A stretch of 64,000 nucleotides of DNA. Source: an uncultured Pelagibacteraceae bacterium. GTDB lineage: Bacteria; Pseudomonadota; Alphaproteobacteria; Pelagibacterales; Pelagibacteraceae. Below are positions 20,541-32,571 of the stretch, piece by piece. Position 1 is the first letter of the stretch; every line of letters begins with the position of its first letter. The stretch covers positions 274 to 64,273 of the forward strand of contig CACGNQ010000002.1 in NCBI GenBank assembly GCA_902574525.1, read 5' to 3'. The translations under genes were made by a program, and so were the position numbers. The notes beneath the pieces are model-generated. The model searched no databases, was not told the origin of the DNA, and saw nothing but the letters and a program-made list of their open reading frames with translations.

Positions 20541-22172
20541 TTGGATAATATTTTTTATAAAAAAATTGAGGAGTTATTTAAAAACAAACAATTTGAAAGT
20601 ATAAAATTTGAAATAAATCTGCTTGGCGAAGAGGAGAAAAAAGATCCTTATTTATATAATATTCTGGGTATTATAGAGGCTACAAATAAAAAAAATGACG
20701 AGGCTATAAATTATTTTAATTTAGCTGTTGAGATTGACAAATATTATCTTCATAGTTTGTTAAACCTATCAAGATTATCTTATATAAATAAAGATTTTCA
20801 GAATATAATAACCTTACTTAAAAACTATAATTTAAAATTTCCAGAAAATGATAAGGTCATATTAACTTTAGCGGATCTTTGTTTTAGTGCAGGTTTTTTA
20901 GAAGATACTATTTATTTTCATAAAAAACTCATTGAAACTGGTAAGCACCGCTTGAATGACTTAGCTGCACTAATTTTCTTGTTAAATTACTCAAATAAAT
21001 ATTCTGATAAAGAATATAAAAAATATTGCAAACTCTACGATGACATTCTTAGCAAAAATATAACCAATTATAACATTGTAAGTGATGAACATGATAAAGC
21101 TAAAATTGGTTTTCTATCTAATGATCTTAGAGATCATTCAGTAGGATATTTTTTAAAAGATTTTATTAAAAAACTCAACGAAAAAAATTTTAAAACAATA
21201 GCGTTTAATTTATTTAAAAATAATAAAAATGATTTTTTTACTTCTGAATTAAAAAATTCATTTACAGAATGGTATGATGTTTCAGATCTGAATGATAAAG
21301 ATTTAAGTGACTTGATATATTCAAAAAAAATTTACTATCTCTTAGATCTTGGTGGATATTCCACTGGTAATAGACTACAAGTATTCAAAAATAAACCAGT
21401 TCCTGTCCAGTTCTCATGGCTTGGTTACTGTAATAATACATATATTGACGAAATAGACTACATGGTCGTTGATGAAAATGTAATTGAACACAAAAATAAT
21501 TTAAATAGCGGCAACATAATTAAAATGCCCAAAATTTGGAACTCATTGTCAAAATTAGACGACGTGAGAGTGAATGATTTACCTTTTATTGGTAAAAATA
21601 CTTTTAATTTTGGTTGTTTTAATAACTTCCTAAAAATATCCGAAGATACAATAGAAATATGGAGTAAAATTTTAACTAAATTTACTAATTCTAATTTAGT
21701 TTTAAAAAATTCGGTTAGTGCAGATAAAAATTATAAAAAATATTTAATAAAAAAATTTAAAAATAAAATAGACGAAAATAGAATTATTATTCTTAATTAT
21801 GAAAAAGATAAAAGAAAACACTTAGAACAATATTTAAATATTGACTTAGGGTTAGATACATTTCCATATAATGGAGTTACAACAACTTTCGAGTCTTTAT
21901 GGATGGGAGTACCTGTAATTACTTTAAAAGGAGATAAATTTATATCAAGATGTGGTTATAGTATAAACAAAAATGCATGTTTAAATGAATTTACTGCGGA
22001 TACAAAAGAAGAATATATTTCAATTGCTTTAAATTTTATCTCAAGTGGTGGAATTGAAACCTTAAAAAAATTAAGAAAAGATCTAAGATCTAAGATAATT
22101 AAATCACCTCTTTTTGATACTCAAGATTTTTGCGACAATTTCACTGAAAAATTAAATAAAATAAAAAATTAA
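20541..22172 (+). CDS. TPR-containing GT41 glycosyltransferase (SPINDLY/OGT-like)
   Basis: N-terminal TPR-like helices (YNILGII...AINYFNLAV); IGFLSNDLRDHSVGYF, DLGGYS, PVQFSWLGY, FGCFNNFLKI, LDTFPYNGVTTTFESLWMGVPVITL. TTG start is uncertain. Confidence 0.85.
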   Translation: MDNIFYKKIEELFKNKQFESIKFEINLLGEEEKKDPYLYNILGIIEATNKKNDEAINYFNLAVEIDKYYLHSLLNLSRLSYINKDFQNIITLLKNYNLKFPENDKVILTLADLCFSAGFLEDTIYFHKKLIETGKHRLNDLAALIFLLNYSNKYSDKEYKKYCKLYDDILSKNITNYNIVSDEHDKAKIGFLSNDLRDHSVGYFLKDFIKKLNEKNFKTIAFNLFKNNKNDFFTSELKNSFTEWYDVSDLNDKDLSDLIYSKKIYYLLDLGGYSTGNRLQVFKNKPVPVQFSWLGYCNNTYIDEIDYMVVDENVIEHKNNLNSGNIIKMPKIWNSLSKLDDVRVNDLPFIGKNTFNFGCFNNFLKISEDTIEIWSKILTKFTNSNLVLKNSVSADKNYKKYLIKKFKNKIDENRIIILNYEKDKRKHLEQYLNIDLGLDTFPYNGVTTTFESLWMGVPVITLKGDKFISRCGYSINKNACLNEFTADTKEEYISIALNFISSGGIETLKKLRKDLRSKIIKSPLFDTQDFCDNFTEKLNKIKN

Positions 22173-23002
22173 TCTAAGTAACCAAGTTCAATCATTTCTT
22201 TGTAAAATTTTTTTTCAATTTTCTTAACAAGTTCTTTATTCAACTTTGTTTTCCAATCTCCGACCTTACCAACTCTAAAGAAATATTTTCCGTAGCCTTT
22301 TTCATTGAAACCATCTTTTTGCTCTATATTTTTTAAATTATCAAACTTAGTTATTTCAATACACTCATTAATCCTATCTTCATTTACAGATATTTCTATA
22401 ATTGAGCTTAAGTATTTTATAATTTTTTCAAACGTTAAAAAAGTATTGTTAACTAAATCTTCATATTTTATAACTAAAACATTTATTCCCTTAAAATTCT
22501 TCCATGAGTTATAGTGGTCACTCCAGGATCCTAATAATGTAAAATTATATTTCTTACTATCAATAATACCTTCCTCAAATGTGTTGCTGCTTAAAAGATT
22601 TTTAACAACATCTTCGTGAGTTTTTTGAAGATGATCAGAATAGGACATAATAATATCTCTAGGATCTCTTACCAAATATATTGCTCCTAAAGATTGCTTT
22701 GAGTTTGTAAAAGGATTCCCATTAATTGTGCACATTGCATTATGGGTTTTCACAAAGATTTTTGAAGCTGTTAAATTTAAATATTCCTGCATAGGTAACC
22801 AGTTTTTTGATAAATTGTTAAAATTAGAATAATCTACATCAAATTTTTTGATTAATGAATTGGTTGGAAATAATGAAAATGGTATCATCACTTTATTTAT
22901 ATCAAAAGTATTTGGATCTTTATGATTTCCCAAGTACGCAGAGAGAAATAACTTTAACCATGTATTTCCGCTTTTTGGATATGAAGCAATCCATATTATC
23001 AT
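22169..23002 (-). CDS. Sulfotransferase (Sulfotransfer_1-type)
   Basis: 5'-PSB loop SYPKSGNTW, KTH, 3'-PB RDPRD...S, YEDL, FFRVGKVGDWK. Confidence 0.9.
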   Translation of the reverse strand: MIIWIASYPKSGNTWLKLFLSAYLGNHKDPNTFDINKVMIPFSLFPTNSLIKKFDVDYSNFNNLSKNWLPMQEYLNLTASKIFVKTHNAMCTINGNPFTNSKQSLGAIYLVRDPRDIIMSYSDHLQKTHEDVVKNLLSSNTFEEGIIDSKKYNFTLLGSWSDHYNSWKNFKGINVLVIKYEDLVNNTFLTFEKIIKYLSSIIEISVNEDRINECIEITKFDNLKNIEQKDGFNEKGYGKYFFRVGKVGDWKTKLNKELVKKIEKKFYKEMIELGYLD

Positions 23003-23055
23003 AATTTCATTTAGTTATATTCATTAAAAAATAACTATATATAATAATAAATATT

Positions 23056-24381
23056 ATGACCATATATGCTTTATCATCTGGTCCTGGTTTGTCAGGAGTA
23101 GCGGTTATCAGAATATCAGGCTCTGAAACCGAAAAAGTAATATTATTTTTAACCAAACAAAATTTACCTATTCCGAGAGTCGCAACTCTTAGGAAAATTC
23201 TTAATATTGACTCTAAGGAGTTGATTGATGAAGGAATAATAATATGGTTCCCAGGGCCAAATAGCTACACAGGTGAGAATATGGCTGAGCTTCATGTGCA
23301 TGGGAGTAAAGCTGTAATTCAATCAATTTTAGACAATATTTCAAAAATTAAAAACTGTAGACTTGCAGAACCTGGAGAATTTACCAAAATAGCATTTCAA
23401 AATGAAAAAATAAATCTACTAAAAGCAGAGGCGATTGGTGATCTTATAGCATCTGAGACTGAGATACAGAGAAGGCAAGCATTAAAAATAATGGGTGGCA
23501 AAAGTTCTGATAAGTTTAATTCATGGCGTAAAATTTTGTTAAAAATATTATCTAATTTAGAAGCTAAAATAGACTTCCCAGATGAAGATTTACCGACTGA
23601 TATTTTAAAAAATATAAAAAAAAACACCGAAGCAGTTAAGTTTGAAATTAAAAAAATCTTAGATGATAGTAAAGTAGGAGAAAGAATTAGAGAAGGCTTT
23701 AAGATAGCAATACTTGGTCCGGTCAACGCAGGAAAATCAAGTTTACTTAATTATTTTTCGAATAGGGAGGTAGCAATTGTTTCTGAAATTGCTGGAACTA
23801 CAAGAGACATAATTGAGGTCCATTTAACTATCGAAGGTTTTCCCGTAGTAATGTCTGACACAGCTGGAATAAGAAATTCTAAAAATGAAATAGAAAAAAA
23901 GGGTATAAAATTAGCTCTTAAAAGAGCAGAAGATGCTGATTTAAATATCTTAGTTTTTGAGCCTAAAAGTGTTGATTTTATTGACTTTTTGCAAGATTTG
24001 AATCTTAAAAAATCGATATTTGTCATTAATAAATCCGATCTTGGTCTAAAGAAAAGTAAAGAACTTGATAAATACCAACCCTTGGAGATTTCAATTAAAA
24101 ATGAATCTAATATTGAGAGGCTAATTGAAAAAATCAAAAAAAAATTAATAGACAAATTTGTAAGTGTTGAGGATACAATAATAACACGCGAGAGACATAG
24201 GCAGCATCTAGAGCAATGTGTTATACACTTAGATGAATTTAAAAAAAAGAACGAGAAAGATTATGATAAGGCTGCAGAGGATCTTAGACTGGCAACTAGG
24301 CATTTAGGAATGCTGGTAGGAAAAGTTGACGTTGAGGAAGTACTTGGTAGTATTTTCAAAGACTTCTGTATTGGCAAATAA
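23056..24381 (+). CDS. mnmE: tRNA modification GTPase
   Basis: [51 protein letters not shown]. Confidence 0.96.
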   Translation: MTIYALSSGPGLSGVAVIRISGSETEKVILFLTKQNLPIPRVATLRKILNIDSKELIDEGIIIWFPGPNSYTGENMAELHVHGSKAVIQSILDNISKIKNCRLAEPGEFTKIAFQNEKINLLKAEAIGDLIASETEIQRRQALKIMGGKSSDKFNSWRKILLKILSNLEAKIDFPDEDLPTDILKNIKKNTEAVKFEIKKILDDSKVGERIREGFKIAILGPVNAGKSSLLNYFSNREVAIVSEIAGTTRDIIEVHLTIEGFPVVMSDTAGIRNSKNEIEKKGIKLALKRAEDADLNILVFEPKSVDFIDFLQDLNLKKSIFVINKSDLGLKKSKELDKYQPLEISIKNESNIERLIEKIKKKLIDKFVSVEDTIITRERHRQHLEQCVIHLDEFKKKNEKDYDKAAEDLRLATRHLGMLVGKVDVEEVLGSIFKDFCIGK

Positions 24382-24404
24382 AAAAAAATAACTATATTTT
24401 CAGT

Positions 24405-26276
24405 ATGACAAAAGATGTTTTTTTTGATGTAGTGATAATAGGTGGTGGTCACGCTGGATGCGAGGCAGCTGCAGCATCCGCAAGACTAGGTATTAACACA
24501 GCATTGTTTACCCATAAAATAGAAACTATAGGAGAAATGTCATGCAATCCTGCTATTGGCGGATTAGGCAAAGGACATCTCGTTAGAGAGATTGACGCTT
24601 TAGATGGTGTAATGGGAGTAGTAGCAGATAAATCAGGTATACAGTTTAGGCTTTTAAATAGAAGCAGAGGCCCAGCAGTAAGAGGACCAAGAACACAAAG
24701 TGATAGATCATTATATAAAAAATATATGCAAGAAAAACTGCTAAACTATTGTAATTTAAACGTTTTTTCAGATCCTGTAATTAAGTTCATATTTGATAAA
24801 AACGTTGTAAAAGGAATTATTACACAGTCAGGACAGAAAATTACATGCAACAAGCTTATACTTACTACGGGGACATTTTTAAATGGTTTGATACATATAG
24901 GCGATGAGAAGACACCAGCAGGCAGATTTAATGAGAAACCAACAACAGGTTTATCAGAACAATTAGAAAAATATAATTTTGCAATCGGAAGACTTAAGAC
25001 AGGGACACCACCAAGATTGGACAGCAAGACAATAAACTTCGAAAGTTTGGAAGAACAGCATGCGGATGTTGATCCTTACTTTTTTTCTTTTCTAACAAAA
25101 AAAAATGATAACCAACAAGTCTCATGCAGGATGACTTATACTAATCATAAAGTACATAATATCATTTTAAAGAATATCAAATCTAGTGCCATGTACTCAG
25201 GCAGTATAAAGGGTGTTGGACCAAGGTACTGCCCTTCAATTGAGGATAAAATTTTTAAATTTTCTGACAAATTAAGACACCAAATATTTCTTGAACCGGA
25301 GGGGCTTAATGATAATACGATTTATCCTAATGGTATATCAACTTCTCTTCCAGCTGAAATTCAAGCTGAAATATGTAGTAATATCAATGGTTTAGAAAAT
25401 GTAAAAATATTGCGTCCGGGGTATGCAATCGAATACGATTATGTAGATCCGCGTGAACTTTTTCTAACACTTGAAACAAAAAAAATAAAAAACCTTTATC
25501 TTGCTGGACAGATAAATGGAACTACAGGCTATGAAGAGGCAGCTGCACAAGGTTTGATCGCAGGAATAAACGCGGCGCTCTCAGTTAAAAATTTGGAACC
25601 ATTTATTCTTGATAGATCCGAAGCATATATAGGTGTTATGATAGATGATCTTGTCACAAAAGGGGTAGCAGAACCATATAGAATGTTTACTTCAAGAGCT
25701 GAGTATAGGTTAAGTCTTAGAGCAGACAATGCAGATTTGAGATTAACCAAAAAGGGAATTGATATAGACCTTATTCAGGATTTTAGGAAGAATATATATA
25801 ATCAAAAGTCCAAAGACCTCCAAAAATTGACTAAATTTATGTTTAATTCAAGTATTTCACCTTCAAAAGTTTCTAAATACGGGGTAAATATAGCTAAAGA
25901 TGGTATAAGCAGAAATGCTGAACAAATATTGAGTCAAAAAGGTGTAAAAATGAGTAAAATTAGAGAAATATGGCCTGAAATACCCTATAAATCAAAAGAA
26001 ATAGACGAACAGTTGGAAATTAATGCTCATTACAGGGGTTATTTAACAAAGCAAAAATCCGATATATTGGCATTTAAGAGGGATGAGAATTTAAAAATAC
26101 CAGAGGCTGTCAATTATGACAACTTAAGCGGACTTTCTAACGAGGTAAAATCCAAATTTAAGAAAATTCGACCAAAAACAATGGGTCAGGCTCTAAGAAT
26201 TGATGGAATAACTCCAGCTGCTGTATATATTTTGTTGTCTCATGTTAAAAGAAAGTCTATTAAGAAGATAGCTTGA
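24405..26276 (+). CDS. mnmG: tRNA uridine 5-carboxymethylaminomethyl modification enzyme
   Basis: [61 protein letters not shown]. Confidence 0.97.
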   Translation: MTKDVFFDVVIIGGGHAGCEAAAASARLGINTALFTHKIETIGEMSCNPAIGGLGKGHLVREIDALDGVMGVVADKSGIQFRLLNRSRGPAVRGPRTQSDRSLYKKYMQEKLLNYCNLNVFSDPVIKFIFDKNVVKGIITQSGQKITCNKLILTTGTFLNGLIHIGDEKTPAGRFNEKPTTGLSEQLEKYNFAIGRLKTGTPPRLDSKTINFESLEEQHADVDPYFFSFLTKKNDNQQVSCRMTYTNHKVHNIILKNIKSSAMYSGSIKGVGPRYCPSIEDKIFKFSDKLRHQIFLEPEGLNDNTIYPNGISTSLPAEIQAEICSNINGLENVKILRPGYAIEYDYVDPRELFLTLETKKIKNLYLAGQINGTTGYEEAAAQGLIAGINAALSVKNLEPFILDRSEAYIGVMIDDLVTKGVAEPYRMFTSRAEYRLSLRADNADLRLTKKGIDIDLIQDFRKNIYNQKSKDLQKLTKFMFNSSISPSKVSKYGVNIAKDGISRNAEQILSQKGVKMSKIREIWPEIPYKSKEIDEQLEINAHYRGYLTKQKSDILAFKRDENLKIPEAVNYDNLSGLSNEVKSKFKKIRPKTMGQALRIDGITPAAVYILLSHVKRKSIKKIA

Positions 26277-26914
26277 TCGATTCGAATATATTAGAATATA
26301 AACATCTTGAGCCTCTAAATGTTTCACGTGAAACATTTCCACAGTTAGAGGCCTACTGTGAATTATTGAAAAAAGAAAACAGCAAAATTAATTTAATCAG
26401 CAAATCAACAGAAGGAGAAATAAGACAAAGACACATTGTAGACTGTGCGCAAACCATTGAATTTATTGACGAAAATTATAATATCTGTTCTGATATTGGA
26501 TCTGGTTCAGGCCTTCCTGGAATTGTTCTTGCAATTATAATGAAGGTAAAAAAACCAGATATGAAATTTCATCTTTATGAAAAAAGTTTTAGAAAATGCG
26601 AATTTCTATTTTCTGTTAAGGAAAAACTAAATTTGAATGCTGATATTTATCAAAAAGATATATTTAAGGAAAAAAATATAGAGACAGACTTAATAATCAC
26701 CAGGGCTTTCAAACCTCTGCCAATCGTTTTAGATTTAGCAGAGAAAAATTTCAAAAAATTTAAGAGTATAATAATTTTTTTGGGAAAAAATAAAAAAGAT
26801 ATTTTAGAAAAAGCTTTGTTTAACTGGAGCTTCACTTACAAAGAAAAAAAAAGCATCACAAGCTCAGAGTCAAAAATAATCAAAATAAGTAATTTAAAAA
26901 AAAATGAAAAGTAA
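26273..26914 (+). CDS. rsmG: 16S rRNA m7G527 methyltransferase
   Basis: [31 protein letters not shown]; mnmG-rsmG-parAB order. Confidence 0.92.
   Translation: MIDSNILEYKHLEPLNVSRETFPQLEAYCELLKKENSKINLISKSTEGEIRQRHIVDCAQTIEFIDENYNICSDIGSGSGLPGIVLAIIMKVKKPDMKFHLYEKSFRKCEFLFSVKEKLNLNADIYQKDIFKEKNIETDLIITRAFKPLPIVLDLAEKNFKKFKSIIIFLGKNKKDILEKALFNWSFTYKEKKSITSSESKIIKISNLKKNEK
26317..26338. promoter_or_regulatory. parS centromere-like site (ParB binding)
   Basis: Consensus TGTTTCACGTGAAACA at 26320-26335, extended to the perfect 22-bp palindrome AAATGTTTCACGTGAAACATTT, inside rsmG just upstream of parAB. Confidence 0.93.
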
Positions 26915-27704
26915 AATAATCTCAGTAATAAATCAAAAGGGAGGTGTAGGTAAAACAACAACCGTTATTAATTTAGCTGCAGGCCTAGCTTCTAAAAACA
27001 AAAAAATATTAGTAATAGATCTCGACCCTCAGGGCAATGCAACAACCGGTTTAGGCCATTCCAACATTGATGGAACTGATAAAAATATTTATAATGCTTT
27101 AAATGGTTCAAAAAATATTTCAGAAATAATTCAAAATACTCAAATTGATAATTTAGATATAATCACCTCAAACGTTGATCTCTCAGGACTAGAAGTAGAA
27201 ACCGCAAGTGATAATGGTAGAGCTTTTATTTTAAGAGACAAATTATCTTTATTTTTTAAACAAAATAGCTCAAATTATACTCACATTTTCATTGATTGCC
27301 CCCCATCTTTGAGTCTACTTACCGTTATGGCTCTAGTGGCATCAAACTCATTAATAGTCCCTCTCCAAACAGAATTCTTTGCTTTAGAAGGCCTAACCCA
27401 ATTAGTTAAAACTATAGACAGGGTTAAGGAAAGCTTAAATTCAGATCTATCAATCAGGGGTATAATTTTAACAATGTACGATAAGAGAAATAAACTTTCG
27501 AGTCAGGTAGAAAAAGAGGCGAGGGATTATTTTAAAGATAAAGTTTATAATACGGTAATACCAAGAAATGTTAGATTATCTGAGGCTCCCTCTCACGGAA
27601 TCCCAGTTTTAATATATGACAAAACTTGCCCTGGAAGTAAATCATATTTTAGTTTAGCTGAAGAATTTTTAAATCAAGAAAAATTAATGGAGAGCGCAGC
27701 TTGA
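26904..27704 (+). CDS. parA: Chromosome partitioning ATPase
   Basis: NQKGGVGKTTT, DLDPQGNAT, IDCPPSL, PRNVRLSEAPSHG. Confidence 0.96.
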   Translation: MKSKIISVINQKGGVGKTTTVINLAAGLASKNKKILVIDLDPQGNATTGLGHSNIDGTDKNIYNALNGSKNISEIIQNTQIDNLDIITSNVDLSGLEVETASDNGRAFILRDKLSLFFKQNSSNYTHIFIDCPPSLSLLTVMALVASNSLIVPLQTEFFALEGLTQLVKTIDRVKESLNSDLSIRGIILTMYDKRNKLSSQVEKEARDYFKDKVYNTVIPRNVRLSEAPSHGIPVLIYDKTCPGSKSYFSLAEEFLNQEKLMESAA

Positions 27705-28549
27705 GTATTTTTAAATCCAAAAAAGGTTTAGGCAGAGGAATATCTTCATTAATAGGAGATACTAAAAATACATCAATCAAAAATAAAATTTCTTTAAGTG
27801 AAATAGTTAGAGGCAAGTTTCAGCCACGAAAAATTTTTAATAAAGATGACTTAGATGAACTCACAAATTCGATTAGAGAAAGAGGTGTAGTTCAGCCAAT
27901 AATAGTGAGGAAATCAAAGGAATTTGACGACAAGTTCGAAATTGTTGCTGGTGAAAGAAGATGGCTTGCATCTCAAAATGCAGGACTGAATGAAATACCA
28001 GCTGTTATTATTGAGGCCGATGATATCAAAGCACTAGAGTTTGCTATAGTTGAAAATGTGCAAAGAAGTGATCTTAACCCAATAGAGGAAGCAGCGGGTT
28101 ACAAACGATTAATGGATGAATTCGCTTATGATCAAGAAAAAGTTGGAAAATTTATTGGAAAGAGCAGAACACACATTGCAAATTGTTTAAGACTATTGTC
28201 TCTACCAAAGGACGTAATTAATTTAATCGAGGCAGGTAAAATTACTCAAGGTCATGCCAAAGTATTAGTAGGCATGGATAATGCCAATCTTTTGGCAAAA
28301 AAAATTGTTGATAAAAAATTATCAGTTAGACAAGCAGAGAGTTTAGTAAATTTATTTAAAAAACCAAAAAAAATCAAATTACCTTCTAAAGATGCTAATC
28401 TAACTGATCTTGAGGAAAACTTAATTAATAAGTTGGGTATAAGGGTTTCTATTAAAAATAAAAAAAATAATTCAGGCTCAATATCCTTTAATTATAAAGA
28501 TCTCGATCAACTAAATAAGATAATTTATATAATAAAAGCTAATTATTAG
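27701..28549 (+). CDS. parB: Chromosome partitioning protein
   Basis: KGLGRG, QPRKIF, VAGERRW, ENVQRSDLNPIEEA, GKSRTHIANCLRLL, GHAK. Confidence 0.96.
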   Translation: MSIFKSKKGLGRGISSLIGDTKNTSIKNKISLSEIVRGKFQPRKIFNKDDLDELTNSIRERGVVQPIIVRKSKEFDDKFEIVAGERRWLASQNAGLNEIPAVIIEADDIKALEFAIVENVQRSDLNPIEEAAGYKRLMDEFAYDQEKVGKFIGKSRTHIANCLRLLSLPKDVINLIEAGKITQGHAKVLVGMDNANLLAKKIVDKKLSVRQAESLVNLFKKPKKIKLPSKDANLTDLEENLINKLGIRVSIKNKKNNSGSISFNYKDLDQLNKIIYIIKANY

Positions 28550-29531
28550 TTTCAAACTGGCTTAAAATAAAATCGTTTAACAAATTTACAGAAATTAAAC
28601 TATTTTTTTTAATTAAAAGCTCTAAATCATTAATAAAAATAATGAGTTTACTTATTTTTTCTATACTCCAATTATTTATCTGTTGTCTTACAATTTCCTT
28701 ATCTTTCCAAAATATGGGAGGTTTGTAATTTGATAAACATTCATCAATGTTCATATTTCCATTTTCCATAGTCTTAAGTGCAAAAATTCTTTTAGCTTTA
28801 GTTAAAAATATTCTTAGTATTGCTACACAATCTTCAGAAGAAAAATTATTTTCATTAATAATTAACAGAGTTTTCTTTTTATTTTTACTTAAACATGCAT
28901 CTGCCAATTCAGAAAAACTATAATTTTCTGCTAGATTTGTTAATTTTAAAATTTCATTAAGAGATATTTTTTTTTTGTCCTTTAAAAAAACCTCAATTTT
29001 AGATATTTCGTTTTTTAAATTCATTCTATCTCCTCTACATCTTTCCACTAAGTGGTTGAGGATTTCCCTTGAAATTGGAATTTTATTTTCAAGGAAAAAT
29101 TTGTTTGCTAAGTTTGCAAGTGTAGTACTGTTATCGTCATAGAAAGCAATACAAACTAATTTTTTTTCTTTTTCAAAATTTGACCTTAATTTAGATTTTT
29201 TATCAAGTGGTTTTGAGTTTATTATAATTTTTATATCCTCAATATCCTTGTCCATAACATCATCTATCAATGAATATATTTTTTCACTAACTCTTGAAAT
29301 AATAATTATTTTTTTGTCATCAAAAAAAGATTTGTTTGATATCTCACTAATGAAATTATTGTAATTTTTAAATATTTCATCCTCTTCATATTTAAAAATA
29401 TTTTTTGTAAAATCCATGTTCAAAATTTGTTGGATTGCTTCATTTTTGTGTCCCTCATTTTGTCCATAAAATAAAAAAAAATTTGAATTTTTTTCAACTA
29501 TTTTTGATAATTGGTAAGGTTTTAGAATCAT
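28539..29531 (-). CDS. holA: DNA polymerase III delta subunit
   Basis: LFYGQNEG, LDKKSKLR..FE, EISKI, PPIFWKDK; leuS-lptE-holA order. Confidence 0.88.
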   Translation of the reverse strand: MILKPYQLSKIVEKNSNFFLFYGQNEGHKNEAIQQILNMDFTKNIFKYEEDEIFKNYNNFISEISNKSFFDDKKIIIISRVSEKIYSLIDDVMDKDIEDIKIIINSKPLDKKSKLRSNFEKEKKLVCIAFYDDNSTTLANLANKFFLENKIPISREILNHLVERCRGDRMNLKNEISKIEVFLKDKKKISLNEILKLTNLAENYSFSELADACLSKNKKKTLLIINENNFSSEDCVAILRIFLTKAKRIFALKTMENGNMNIDECLSNYKPPIFWKDKEIVRQQINNWSIEKISKLIIFINDLELLIKKNSLISVNLLNDFILSQFETNN

Positions 29532-29995
29532 GAAAGATTTCCAGTTTGTATAAATAATATTATCTCAGAAAATAGTTTATCAGTCATATTTTCTATCAAG
29601 TTGTCCTCATATTTTCTTAAATCAAATTTGTTGTCATTATTGTCGTAAGTGCTGCTTTCTGAAAAAATTCTATCTACCTTATTATCTAAACCATCTGTGA
29701 TTTGAAGGGTAATTGAAAGTTCAATAGAAAATTGCGTAGGGTTTCCTTTCTTATCCTTTGCGATTGTTGTTTTAGTAGATAATGAATTTATATTTAAATT
29801 AAAAGTTTTTCTAGCATTAGGGTTATCACTGTAAATTTTAAGCTTATTATAAAGTAATTTATTTACCTTTACTTCTCCAGATGTTTCAATTTTACTAATT
29901 TGAAAGTCTTGGCTTTGTTTAGAGTAAATTGGCGTATATCCGCAGTTATTTAAAACTAGAATTAAAAAGCTTAGTAAAATAATTTTTTTAATCAT
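29528..29995 (-). CDS. lptE: LPS assembly lipoprotein LptE-like
   Basis: Lipobox LNNC followed by GYTPIY; between leuS and holA. Confidence 0.75.
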   Translation of the reverse strand: MIKKIILLSFLILVLNNCGYTPIYSKQSQDFQISKIETSGEVKVNKLLYNKLKIYSDNPNARKTFNLNINSLSTKTTIAKDKKGNPTQFSIELSITLQITDGLDNKVDRIFSESSTYDNNDNKFDLRKYEDNLIENMTDKLFSEIILFIQTGNLS

Positions 29996-32543
29996 TTAAT
30001 AAAATATTAATCAGTCTATTTTTAACAAAAAAAACTTTGTTTATCTTTTTATTTTTTATGTTTTTGTTTATTTTATCTTCTTTTAATATTAGATCCATAA
30101 TTGTTTTTTCTTCAGTATCTTTTTTAGTTTCAATCATCCCTCTTTTTTTCCCACCAATTTGCACAACTATATAAACTGTCTCCTCATCTAGATATTTTTT
30201 ATCTACCAGTGGCCATTTTTGAGAAATATCAAAATTATTAATTTCAAAACACTCGTTTATAAGATGTGGAATGACTGGAGTCATAACTGTTAAAATTTTT
30301 TTATAATTTTCTATTAAAACTTTCCTACTAAATTGACCACTTAAAATTTTGTTTAAATAATTATAAGTTTCATGCATATTAGCTATGATTACGTTATAGT
30401 TAAATTTTTCTAGATTATTATCAATCTTGTTAATTAATTGATTTGTAAATTTTGTTAAATCTAAATCACCCTCTTGATTATTACTATTCGAAGATGCTTC
30501 TATTTTTTCTTTAATACGATTATTTATTAACCAAAATTTTTGAATAAACTTATAAGATGCAAGCATACCTTGTTCAGACCATTGAACATCTTTCTCAGGA
30601 GGGCTATCAGATAAAATAAACAATCTAACAGCATCTGCACCATAATTTTTAATCATTTCAGCTGGGTCAATAGTATTTTTTTTAGACTTTGACATGGATT
30701 CAGCTGGACCAACTGAAACTATATTATTTGGATCATTTTTTTTGAAGAAATTTTTCCCATCATTAGTTTCAATTTCATCTGGACTTAACCAGTTATTATT
30801 TTTATCCTTATAAGTTTCATGACATACCATTCCCTGAGTAAACAAATTCTCAAATGGTTCTGACAATGAAAAATTTTCGTTTTTATAGGTAATTGCTCTC
30901 ATAAAAAATCTTGAATAAAGTAAATGCAATATTGCATGCTCAACACCCCCAATATATTGATCAACTGGCATCCAATATTTAGCAGCTTCGATATCAAATC
31001 CATATTCTTTATCATTTGGTGAACAAAATCTTAAAAAATACCATGAAGAATCTACAAAAGTATCTAGCGTGTCTGTTTCTTTTAAACATTCTACACCATT
31101 AATGCTAATTTTTCTCCATTCATCTTCGAAATTAAGTGGATTACCTTTAGCTTTTAAATTTATTTTTTCTGGTAATTTAATTGGAAGTTTATTCTTTGGA
31201 ATAGCATGAACATTGCCATCTTTGTCATATGCCATTGGTATTGGGCAACCCCAATATCTCTGTCTAGAGACACCCCAGTCCTTTAATCTAAAATTAATTG
31301 TTTTTTTTCCGATTTTTTTCTCTTCGATTATATTTATAGTTTTAACAATTGATTCATCTGGAACTTTTAATCCGTCCAGAAATTTTGAATTTATTATTAA
31401 ACCTCCACCAGTGTAAGCTTCTTTGCCAATCTTAAAGTCATCATTTTCTTCTGGTGGTTTTACAACAGTCTTAACTGGCAAATTATATTTAAGTGCAAAA
31501 TCTAAATCTCTTTGATCGTGGGCAGGACAACCAAATACAGCGCCAAATCCGTAGTCCATAAGAACAAAATTTGCAAAGTACACGGGAACTTTCTCATTTT
31601 CATTTAGTGGGTTTGTGGCAAGTAAATTTGTTTTAAACCCAATTTTCTCACCTTGTGCAATCGACTCTTCGGTCGTGCCTGTTTTTGAACAGTCAATTTT
31701 AAATTTTTTGAATTTAGGATCATCTTGATAAAATTTTGAAATAGGGTGATCTACAGAAACTGCCAAGAAAGAGAAACCAAACAAAGTATCAGGTCGAGTT
31801 GTAAAGCATTTAATTTCATTAATTGGAACATCTCCATTGATTTTGAAATTTATTTCACACCCAAGGGATTTTCCAATCCAATTTGCTTGCATTGTTTTAA
31901 CTTTTTTAGGCCAATTTTTTAGACTATTTAAACTTTCTAAAAGGCTGTCTGAAAATTTAGAAATATTAAAAAACCATTGATTTAATTTTTTCCTTTCAAC
32001 TACTGCACCAGATCTCCAACCTTTACCATCAATTACTTGCTCATTTGCTAAAACAGTCTGATCAATTGGGTCCCAATTCACATAATTTTCTTTTCTGTAA
32101 ACGAGACCTTTTTCAAACATTTCTATAAAAAAAAGTTGTTGATGTTTGAAATAATCTTCATTGCATGTTGAAATTTCTCTATCCCAATCTATTGAAAGCC
32201 CTAGACTTTTTAATTGTTTTTTCATTACTGAAATATTCTTTTCTGTCCAATCTTTTGGATGTAGATCGTTTTCTCTTGCTGCGTTTTCTGCAGGCATTCC
32301 AAAAGAATCCCAGCCCATAGGATGTAGCACATTAAAACCTTGCATTGATTTATACCTGGATAATACATCTCCTATAGTATAATTTCTAACGTGTCCCATA
32401 TGAATTTTGCCAGATGGATAGGGAAACATTTCAAGGCAGTAAAATTTTTTTAATTTAGGATTTATTTGAGATTTAAAAGACTTATTTTTAGTCCAAAAAT
32501 CTTGCCACTTTTCTTCAATTTTTTTAAAATTATATCTCTCCAT
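29988..32543 (-). CDS. leuS: Leucine--tRNA ligase
   Basis: [52 protein letters not shown]. Confidence 0.98.
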   Translation of the reverse strand: MERYNFKKIEEKWQDFWTKNKSFKSQINPKLKKFYCLEMFPYPSGKIHMGHVRNYTIGDVLSRYKSMQGFNVLHPMGWDSFGMPAENAARENDLHPKDWTEKNISVMKKQLKSLGLSIDWDREISTCNEDYFKHQQLFFIEMFEKGLVYRKENYVNWDPIDQTVLANEQVIDGKGWRSGAVVERKKLNQWFFNISKFSDSLLESLNSLKNWPKKVKTMQANWIGKSLGCEINFKINGDVPINEIKCFTTRPDTLFGFSFLAVSVDHPISKFYQDDPKFKKFKIDCSKTGTTEESIAQGEKIGFKTNLLATNPLNENEKVPVYFANFVLMDYGFGAVFGCPAHDQRDLDFALKYNLPVKTVVKPPEENDDFKIGKEAYTGGGLIINSKFLDGLKVPDESIVKTINIIEEKKIGKKTINFRLKDWGVSRQRYWGCPIPMAYDKDGNVHAIPKNKLPIKLPEKINLKAKGNPLNFEDEWRKISINGVECLKETDTLDTFVDSSWYFLRFCSPNDKEYGFDIEAAKYWMPVDQYIGGVEHAILHLLYSRFFMRAITYKNENFSLSEPFENLFTQGMVCHETYKDKNNNWLSPDEIETNDGKNFFKKNDPNNIVSVGPAESMSKSKKNTIDPAEMIKNYGADAVRLFILSDSPPEKDVQWSEQGMLASYKFIQKFWLINNRIKEKIEASSNSNNQEGDLDLTKFTNQLINKIDNNLEKFNYNVIIANMHETYNYLNKILSGQFSRKVLIENYKKILTVMTPVIPHLINECFEINNFDISQKWPLVDKKYLDEETVYIVVQIGGKKRGMIETKKDTEEKTIMDLILKEDKINKNIKNKKINKVFFVKNRLINILLND

Positions 32544-32571
32544 AAGTTTTTAAAGAAGGAACCAAAATTTA

